From the NCBI GenBank assembly GCA_044892525.1, contig CM097885.1:267592001-267656000 (forward strand): a DNA stretch of 64,000 nt, given 5' to 3'. Made by a program: the position numbers and the translations under genes. Every line of letters starts with the position of its first letter. Position 1 is the first letter of the stretch. The stretch is from Schmidtea polychroa. Lineage: Eukaryota. The notes beneath the pieces are model-generated. The model saw only the letters and a program-made list of their open reading frames with translations, was not told the origin of the DNA and made no database searches. Of the stretch, positions 50,410-58,328 are shown in pieces.

Positions 50410-51536
50410 TTTACGAGGTCTCGAGACGATATCCATGATGGGTTTTTATATCCATGCCATTTGACATAGTATTGTTTATCCTTACCCACCATTTTAGTTT
50501 TCAATATTTTTTGAATTCTAAATACTTTTGGGGGAGGAATTACTTGTAATTCTTGCTCATAAAATTTCCCTTGTACAATGTTATTTTCAGAATCTCTGAT
50601 GACATACATCACAGGGTTCTGGCTAGTATTTATTTTCGAAATTACAAAGACTTCATCACTCCAATTTGTATCGAAATTTTTAATAAATGGTGATGCACTA
50701 ATTTTACTAATTCTAACATGGTCACCAACTTTATATTTCGGTTTTGTAATTTTTTCAGATTTTTTAGAATAGAATGTTTTTGATGTGATATCAACCGGTC
50801 TCAATCCATTAAGTCCTCGATGTGATGAATTATTATAACTGGTTATAATTTTTGGTAAAACCAATACCCATTTTTTATTACCTTGATACACGAACAATTT
50901 CTTTAATCTATCTCTCAAGGTTCTGTTAAATCTTTCAACATGAGCAGCTTTGTATTGAGAATGTACCGAGTAGTGATTTATTTTCAGTTTATCGAGGATT
51001 TGCTAAACTTTACTGTTNNNNNNNNNNNNNNNNNNNNNNNNNNNNNNNNNNNNNNNNNNNNNNNNNNNNNNNNNNNNNNNNNNNNNNNNNNNNNNNNNNN
51101 NNNNNNNNNNNNNNNNNNNNNNNNNNNNNNNNNNNNNNNNNNNNNNNNNNNNNNNNNNNNNNNNNNTATTAGGATGTCCATTTTTAAATAAAATATTAAT
51201 AGCTTTGGACATTTCATCTGCAGATTTTGACTTGACTGGTATTGCTCGGGCAAACCGACTGAATACATCAATACATGTTAAAATATATTTATACCCCTTG
51301 TTAATTTTTGAATAGGGTATCATCTCCATCAAATCCATTTGCCACAAATCATTTATTCCATATGTTTTATACGCTCTTGTTGGAAATCTTTTCTGCATTG
51401 GTTTGTTCAAACTGTACGCGAGTTGATTTGATAACCACTTCTGGGTTTCTTTTTTCGAATTCGGAACTCTTTTCTTTAATTTTGCCACTCCACCGAAACC
51501 GGCTTCGTCTTCTGGGTTCGTCCAAATCTTCTCCAT
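50406..51536 (-). pseudogene. Retroviral-type integrase with C-terminal chromodomain; in-frame TAG and an assembly gap
   Basis: DLWQMDL, YILTCIDVFSRF, then (after gap 51018-51166) NSKV*QILDKLKINHYSVHSQYKAAHVERFNRTLRDRL, and chromodomain FRIQKILK..YYVKWHGY..PSWI. TAG at 51003-51005. Confidence 0.92.
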
Positions 51537-51591
51537 TACAACAGGAAGATTTAAAATTCAAATTAAGATTTGGTAATGATTGACCCATTGT

Positions 51592-52083
51592 TTATGATGA
51601 TGATTTTAATAAACCTGCCCCTCCCAATAAAGATAATGCTATTGGTATCAAGGCTGCAATGAAGCCTCCTTGTTGTTTATATATGATTTTACGCATACGT
51701 TTTTTATTTTTAGTATTTACTAATGATAATAATGGTTTCTTGTGTCTGTTCAAAATCTTTTTATTTGATGTACTTATACGGAATTTACCTTTAACAACTT
51801 TAATTAAAATAGCAAGTAAATCATCAATAACATAGTTTGGAAAAGACTGTAAAATATTCATTCTTCTCATACTGGGAGCCTTAAGTAATGCAATGAAAAA
51901 CGGAAAACTACGATGAGAATTACTCGGCGGAATATGATTACTCGGTGGAATACGATTACTCGGCGGAATATTATCAATAAGCAATTTTTTCGATGGTGTG
52001 AAACTAGTTTTTGGTGGAATCTTAACCACTTTTGCAGGTTTCCTTCTTGTAGGTTTTGTCTTTACACGAGTTTTTAGTAACAT
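51592..52083 (-). CDS. Basic core-like protein ending in QQGG + amphipathic helix
   Basis: Lys/Arg-rich; C-terminal KQQGGFIAALIPIALSLLGG; lies between ATPase and integrase. Confidence 0.65.
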   Translation of the reverse strand: MLLKTRVKTKPTRRKPAKVVKIPPKTSFTPSKKLLIDNIPPSNRIPPSNHIPPSNSHRSFPFFIALLKAPSMRRMNILQSFPNYVIDDLLAILIKVVKGKFRISTSNKKILNRHKKPLLSLVNTKNKKRMRKIIYKQQGGFIAALIPIALSLLGGAGLLKSSS

Positions 52084-52104
52084 GATTGATAATTTATTTT
52101 GGTT

Positions 52105-52728
52105 TTATCTTTGTTTATATACTATAGCTCCTTCCTTGTTAAATATATCTGTTCTTACTCGTAATTCATCAGGACACTGTTGTGTAAAATCTAGAAAAAT
52201 ATATCCATGTGGGGATTTTGTTGCATCGGCAAATGCATTCATTAAGAAATTTCGATTATTTGGATATGCTTGCCTTGCAAGAAAGTCAATCACTGTAGCA
52301 TCTCTCGGATTTTTGAAAACAACTAAATATTGAATATTCAAATTACGAGTTCGATGTGATCCACCTTGATGAAAAAGATTTTGAGTGATAAAAATTACAG
52401 TGACACCTTTATGTCTACTAATTTTTGTAAACAAATTATTAAAATCCTTTTCTTTATTTGCTTCTTGATATAAATCATCAATAATAATCACATCACCCTG
52501 TCGTAATCTAGATGACCAGTTTTTATCGAACCCTTTTATGATTGTCATTTTGATTTTACAAAACTGATCTTGTGTCATTCCGCTTTCATCATCAGCTCCC
52601 CTATGCCAATAAATTTTATTAAATTTTGACTTGAATAATTTTGATTGTAATAATTTACAAACAAACAATGTTTTCCCGCTACCACTCGGGCCAACGATTT
52701 GGTATACTGCATCATTTCTTAATTGCAT
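52105..52728 (-). CDS. A32/FtsK-like DNA-packaging ATPase
   Basis: Walker A GPSGSGKT, Walker B VIIIDD, SRH..VTVIFITQNLF and RTRNLN motifs. Confidence 0.93.
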   Translation of the reverse strand: MQLRNDAVYQIVGPSGSGKTLFVCKLLQSKLFKSKFNKIYWHRGADDESGMTQDQFCKIKMTIIKGFDKNWSSRLRQGDVIIIDDLYQEANKEKDFNNLFTKISRHKGVTVIFITQNLFHQGGSHRTRNLNIQYLVVFKNPRDATVIDFLARQAYPNNRNFLMNAFADATKSPHGYIFLDFTQQCPDELRVRTDIFNKEGAIVYKQR

Positions 52729-52836
52729 TTTTTATTTTTAATTTTAAAATATCTAGTTATTGTTTATATTAGATGATTTTAATGAACTCTTGCTAAAGTT
52801 GTATATAAAGAGTAAAATTTGATAAATGATTTAATT

Positions 52837-53274
52837 ATGCTTGCAAATATAAATTATCGAGGAAATTTTGATGTTTCAAAAATGAGGTTCCCACCAGGAA
52901 AACCACAGCAAATTGTCGATAGAAGCGGGAAATATCCGATAATATTTTTCAAGACTGGCAAATGCAAAATTATGGGATGTAAGGAACCATTGGATATTAA
53001 TAAATTACAATATCGAATCAATAATATTAAAATTCAATCAATTACCGTTACTATGGATATGGGAAATACTATCAATTTATACAAAATATCGAGAAAATGT
53101 GATTGTATGTTTGAACCGGAATTGTTTCCGGCACTAAGACTATTAAAATATAACCCTATATGTGTCAATGTGTTTTTAAGTGGAAAGGTTGTCATGCTTG
53201 GGTTGAGAAATTTAGACTATAGGGAATTTGTTAACAATGTTCGGAATGAGTTAAATTCATTGGTCGATTTCTAA
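52837..53274 (+). CDS. Miniature TATA-binding-protein (TBP)-like protein, 145 aa from ATG 52837
   Basis: Two TBP-like half-repeats: IIFFKTGKCKIMG (cf. LIFSSGKMVCTG) and KIQSITVTMD..INL..FEPELFPALRL..VNVFLSGKVVMLG (cf. KIQNMVGSCD..IRL..YEPELFPGLIY..LLIFVSGKVVLTG). TATATAAA at 52802-52809. Confidence 0.85.
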   Translation: MLANINYRGNFDVSKMRFPPGKPQQIVDRSGKYPIIFFKTGKCKIMGCKEPLDINKLQYRINNIKIQSITVTMDMGNTINLYKISRKCDCMFEPELFPALRLLKYNPICVNVFLSGKVVMLGLRNLDYREFVNNVRNELNSLVDF

Positions 53275-53723
53275 TTGGTTAATTTCTAATTGGTTAATAA
53301 TAATAATATTAACTGTTTAGATGTCATTAATACTAGCGCGGCAAAATCAATGTCTGAGATCGATAATTACGGTAAATTTTTAATTTATATATATTTTTTA
53401 TATATTTTATAGATGAATATTCCAAATGATTGCCTCAAGTATTTCTATCCTCAATTGAATGAAGGACAGAGATCCAGAGATTATACCAGATTTGGTATAC
53501 AAGAATCTGGATGTTCGATATATTGAATCAATTCCAATGAGTAGATCGACAGAATGCAGAAAGAAATGGAATATCCATGTATTATTGGATGCAGTTGGTC
53601 GTTATCAGCGATATGTAGAATGGAATTTAGTAAAAACACTTAGAAACTTATTCTAGGATTGTTGATTTAAATTAATAAATATTTTTTTATGTATTTTGTT
53701 TTTTTATATATTAATGACCAAAA

Positions 53724-53779
<56 letters not shown>

Positions 53780-53789
53780 TAATATTAAT

Positions 53790-53970
53790 AATAATCATAC
53801 ATGTGCAACATTAATGCAATTTAAACAAAGACACATTAATGCAAACCATGTGCAACATTGATGCAATTTAAACAAAGACATGTGCAATACAAATGCAAAG
53901 CATGTGCAACATTGATGCAATTTAAACTTTAATCTGATTGGTTGTTCCATTTATTTTGAAGGTATAAAAA
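53790..53970 (+). promoter_or_regulatory. Repeated motif array + CCAAT box + TATA box upstream of ORF 54004
   Basis: Three ~50-bp related units with (T)GATGCAAT/TAATGCAAT and AAACAAAGAC; CTGATTGG at 53934-53941; TATAAAAA at 53963-53970. Confidence 0.55.
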
Positions 53971-54003
53971 CCCTGTACCATTTCATTTTAATCATAATTC
54001 ACG

Positions 54004-54411
54004 ATGGTCAAGAAAAGCACTGAAAAACCGAAAGATGAACTTGTTCAGCCTGTTCGAATGTTCCACAACTACAAAATGTATTTTTTAAAAGAAGAAATCA
54101 ATATGAAATTGGTTGCACCGGTCAAGTTAATTCCAACTCAATTTCAATTCTTATCCGGCACGCTTTCAATGGTAGATGTTAAAACCATAGATGATGTTTT
54201 CAAACGGTTGAATTCAAATCTATCATGTAATCAAAATGCATGGTTCAACAACCGATTTGCACAATTTTATGATGCCTTTGATGAAATCAGTTTCAAAGAA
54301 AACGAAAATTGGTATATAACAATTGCAATCCAAGGATATAAAGTCGATAATAATGATGTGTATTCTCCAATTTGGAAAATTATGTCTGCTAGGCTTTCAC
54401 AACTATTTTAA
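54004..54411 (+). CDS. Hypothetical protein, possibly OB-fold ssDNA-binding
   Basis: 135-aa open frame with its own CCAAT/TATA promoter; aromatic beta-strand-like C-terminus WYITIAIQGYKV..VYSPIWKI. The fold call is inference only. Confidence 0.6.
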   Translation: MVKKSTEKPKDELVQPVRMFHNYKMYFLKEEINMKLVAPVKLIPTQFQFLSGTLSMVDVKTIDDVFKRLNSNLSCNQNAWFNNRFAQFYDAFDEISFKENENWYITIAIQGYKVDNNDVYSPIWKIMSARLSQLF

Positions 54412-54563
54412 TGTATTTAATAAATGTATATAATGTATTTTAATAAATGTATTTAATGTATTTAATCTTATTTATTTTATTAATATTAATGCAACAGTAA
54501 TGCAAATTTAACAAAGACATTCTATAAACAAACTTACATTATAGTTTAAAAGTGTTAATAAAA

Positions 54564-55022
54564 ATGACTACAGAAAAAGGTTAATTTTGATTAATAACTT
54601 ACCGAATTATTTATTATTTAGAAATTGTAATCAACTTTTTGTTGGAAAAATTGGCAGAAATAGCTGGTGTAAATGTTGAGGATATATTATCTGTTGTAAA
54701 TGCATTAAATATAGGCTGGATAGTTGAAAGTCAAGATTCAGGATTTGATGAAAGTGAAGTGAGTCAAGAAATTGATGTAGAAATTGATGGAGAAAAAACC
54801 CAAGAAATTAGTGAAAACACCCAAGAAATTAGTGAAAACACCCAAGAAATTAGTGAAAACACCCAAGAAATTAGTGAAAACACCCAAAAAATTGATGGAG
54901 AAAACATCCAAGAAATTGATGGAGAAAACAATCAAGAACAACCTAACGATTGTATAGATCATGTAGTTGATAATATTATGAAATGTGGAGATGACTATTG
55001 TGAATGTGTTAAAAAATGTTAA
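54564..55022 (+). CDS. Spliced acidic protein with 7-aa repeats; exons 54564-54579 and 54622-55022
   Basis: Removing a 42-nt GT-AG intron (54580-54621) joins ATG-ACT-ACA-GAA-AAA-G in frame to the TTG-started ORF (MTTEKEIVINFLLEKL...); TQEISEN repeats; Cys-rich C-terminus. Confidence 0.7.
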
Positions 55023-55083
55023 ATTTTAAAATTTGTTTTTTATACATAAGAAAAATAACAAAAATTAATATTTATTTAAATAT

Positions 55084-55245
55084 TTAAATAACATACAATA
55101 AAACAACTCCTGTTGTGAGTTTAATATAGTTTTTCATTTTTCTTTTGATTTCATCAGTTTCTTTAGCATTGCGGGCGAGTTGATTGAGTGTATCCCATCC
55201 GCCATTATCTTCTATCCATGGACTAAACTTGGATTTGATTATCTA

Positions 55246-55300
<55 letters not shown>

Positions 55301-55601
55301 TTACTTCTAAAGACCACTGATAATAATGTTCTGAGTCATGTTGGCTTTTCACAATGATTATCTTCATGTAGGTGAACCCTACAATAATTCTTGTCCATTG
55401 TATGTCTTCATCGCAGAGACATTGAAATATATTGTTAAAATAATTCTTCTTTGATTCAAGACAATCCATATCAAGCATGCTCTGGTAGTCGATATGGTTG
55501 CCTTCAATAATTTGTGTGGTCCGATTGACCAGGAAATTAAGGCTGTCGACTATATTCGCTGTGACTAGTCCATTTAGAACGTTTTCAATAAATTTAAACA
55601 T
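55084..55601 (-). CDS. Two-exon Bcl-2-family protein (151 aa); exons 55601-55305 and 55242-55084
   Basis: Exon 1 has BH1-like FNNIFQCLCDEDIQWTRIIVGF. A 62-nt GTAAAT...TTAG intron (55304-55243) leads in phase 0 to BH2 FSPWIEDNGGWDTL and a hydrophobic tail YIKLTTGVVLLYVI; TAA at 55086-55084. Confidence 0.85.
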
Positions 55602-55710
55602 TTTTTACAATAATTTTTAATATACTGTCTTATTTATACTACTGTGTGTGTAATATGATTCTGATTGGTTGATAGACTATAAATGTAAAACATAATAGAT
55701 TTGATACAAC
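55602..55710. promoter_or_regulatory. Compact bidirectional promoter (TATA - CCAAT - TATA)
   Basis: Minus-strand TATAAATA (55638-55631), central CTGATTGG (55661-55668), plus-strand TATAAAT (55678-55684) between two divergent ATGs. Confidence 0.6.
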
Positions 55711-56211
55711 ATGAAAACTATATTTCTATTGCTAATTATTATAAGGAATGTGTGCTCGCACAATACAACAATAACGGTGGAGTCTTTTAATAAATCAATA
55801 TGTATTTGTCCAAATACCGCCAAGTTGATGGATATTTTATATATTCTTGACAAACCAAAATGGGCAAAGCATCCAGGAAAAAAAATATCCCAAAGATTGG
55901 AGAATTTAGAAAACAGCTATGACCTATCTTTTGAATATATACAAAATATAAAATTTAAATTGATTGATCATATTGAGGTTTTCAATAACTCAATTGTTGA
56001 AAATAAAAAGAATATGAAAATTATTGATAAGAAACATGATCATTTGTTAAGAAAGATTGATTTAATAATATTCGAAATTCGAACAATAAAAGAATCGATA
56101 GAAAATTTGAAAGCCAATTCAACTTTACCAATTTCAAACAAGATGGCAGCAAATATGAGTACATCAATATTTAAATGGCCATTGTTAATTTTAAATTATT
56201 TCATTGTTTAA
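55711..56211 (+). CDS. Predicted secreted or membrane-anchored coiled-coil glycoprotein
   Basis: Signal-peptide-like MKTIFLLLIIIRNVCS; NxS/T sequons (NTT, NKS, NNS, NST, NMS); heptad-like region; hydrophobic C-terminus WPLLILNYFIV. Confidence 0.65.
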   Translation: MKTIFLLLIIIRNVCSHNTTITVESFNKSICICPNTAKLMDILYILDKPKWAKHPGKKISQRLENLENSYDLSFEYIQNIKFKLIDHIEVFNNSIVENKKNMKIIDKKHDHLLRKIDLIIFEIRTIKESIENLKANSTLPISNKMAANMSTSIFKWPLLILNYFIV

Positions 56212-56312
56212 TAAATGTATTAATTTAAATTATCTTTTGTCTGATATATTATTATTATTATTGGCATAAATATTATTAATTTAATTATTATTATTACTAG
56301 TATTGTCATAAA

Positions 56313-56381
<69 letters not shown>

Positions 56382-56742
56382 TTACATAAAGACATTTCAT
56401 GCACTTGTATTGCACTTGTATTGCATGTCTTTATGTGAGTAGAAATTACTGAGTTAGTAACAATGACTCATCGATGAGTCATATTCAGAGAACAAAGCAT
56501 CGATAATATCCAATTCTGATTGGTTAGATGTTATCGATACTTTGTATATATTTTTCAAATGAGGTAATTATTATTTTTATGATTTAATTTTTTTATAATT
56601 AAATTTCTTATGATTAATTTTAATTTTTATTTCTTTATGAAACCAGTTTTTATGAAAACAAATTATATGATTTATGAAATCAATTTTATGAAAACAAACT
56701 TTTTTATGAAGAAATGGGTATGTTTTTATAATTATAATTATA

Positions 56743-56744
<2 letters not shown>

Positions 56745-56808
<64 letters not shown>

Positions 56809-57683
56809 ATTACCTATTATTATATATTATTATTAATATTACTTATTATTATAATTATTATTCTGTAGTGACATACAATAAATTTTGGTTTACCAAAAAA
56901 GAAGTCTGTTCTAAAAATTAGAGTCGTGTGATGAGTCTTTGTTTTAAAAATAAATGATTGGTCTTTGTTCAAAAAAGTCATCGATGAGTCATACAGGGGG
57001 GGGGGCTAGTGCACAAAAAATAATAACTCCTTATTTAAACTATGAGTCATCGATGAGTCTTTGTCTATATGTCTTTGTTTAAATGTATTTATTTAAATAT
57101 TTGTTTACATGTCATTATTTAAATATTTGATTAAATGTCTTTGTTTAAATATTTGTTTAAATGTATTTATTTAAATATTTGTTTACATGTCATTGTTTAA
57201 ATATTTGAGTTAATGTCTTTGTTTAAATATTTGTTTAAATGTATTTATTTAAATATTAAATATGTCTTTGTTTAAAAAATGATGAGTCATACATACTTTA
57301 ATAATGAGTCAGTTGGCTTTGTTCCAAAAATGATGAGTCATATGACCTTGTTACTAAAAATAGAATGACCTTGACGAGTCATCGATGACGTCACATGACC
57401 GTGTTACTAAAAATAGAATTACCTTGACCAAGTTACTAAAAATAGAATGACCTTGATGAGTCATCGATGACGTCATGTGACCTTGTTACTAAAAATAGAA
57501 TGACCTTGACCTAGTTGCAGCCGTTGCTATGGATGAGTCATGTGACCTTGACCCAGTTACCACTGTTGCTATGGATGAGTCATCGATGAGTCATATGTCT
57601 TTGTTTTGCGCTGAGTCATTGGGGGGGGGTAGTGCAAAAAAATGACAAAAAACGATGAGTCACGGAGCACACTTGTCTCTACT
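56745..57683 (-). repeat. Right TIR of the Polinton
   Basis: Reverse complement of 41311-42255. Confidence 0.93.
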
Positions 57684-58075
57684 AACGCTCATCAGTGTGC
57701 TTGCCCAACTGATGGAGGTTCAAGTTGTCTTGAGTGACTAGCAGTTATGAATGGGTTTTTCTTGGACTCTTTCACGATAGTTCGATCCATGCGTTCGTTT
57801 GTTTTGCGAGGTCTCCCACATTTTTTGCATCTTGAACACATCCACAGTTTTGGTATTTTTTGATAACTTTAGTCACAGTACTGCGCTGGATTACAAAAGC
57901 CTTCGCAATGTCAATTTTCTTTCTTCCAACATTAATTCACAAATAGTACCATTTGAAAGCCCACATAAAACAGTGTTGATATATAAAAGGAGAGGATCCT
58001 AGGCATTAGTAGAACAAAATGGTTCAAAAAGAAACAAATTTCTATCACATGTTTTCATACTTTTTTTCCTCACTG
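57684..58075 (-). pseudogene. Tc1-like element 5' part: TIR and N-terminal HTH region of the transposase
   Basis: TA-CAGTGAGGAAAAAAAGTATG terminus (58075 downward); KKIDIAKAFVIQRSTVTKVIKKY and GRPRKTNERMDRTIVKESKKNPFITA; joins across the TSD to TLMSVGLHAH at 41310. Confidence 0.85.
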
Positions 58076-58328
58076 TAGCTATGAAGTCTCAACTATGGGG
58101 CATATTGTAAGTAAAGTCTGAAATTAAAAGCAATTTTCACATATTCTAAGAATCGACTTGATCTTTAAGGATTCCTAAAAATGTAACAGCTACTTCCAAA
58201 AATAAAAAAGTGCCTTGCGAGTAAAAACACAACCATAAAGGCTCTTAGCTACAGTGGGAGAATATTTATAAAAAATTAATTGTTGAATGCCTTTTATTTT
58301 AAGGAAAATGATTACGTAAAAATCTTAC

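Larger units (their letters stand above)
41311..57683. mobile_element. Complete Polinton/Maverick (adintovirus-like endogenous virus), 16,373 bp
   Basis: Termini AGTAGAGACAAG...CTTGTCTCTACT; 6-bp TSD AACGCT (41305-41310; 57684-57689); ~0.94-kb TIRs; pPolB, PRO, MCP, mCP, INT and ATPase genes. Confidence 0.97.

Noticed and set aside
53350-53656. Third spliced accessory gene (41-nt GT-AG intron 53372-53412 upstream of the 65-aa ORF)
   Set aside because: Splicing gives MSEIDNYDEYSK* and does not reach the 53459 ORF in frame. It may be a decayed gene but I cannot support a product.
56610-56807. ORF with poly-Tyr tail (and the poly-Leu tail of ORF 55239-55601)
   Set aside because: These are translations of (TAT/TTA)n microsatellite; the latter is the Bcl-2 intron.
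58247-58256. Second AGCTACAGTG Tc1-terminus-like motif
   Set aside because: It faces away from the Tc1 remnant, runs into the cyclin exon within ~75 bp, and has no partner end.
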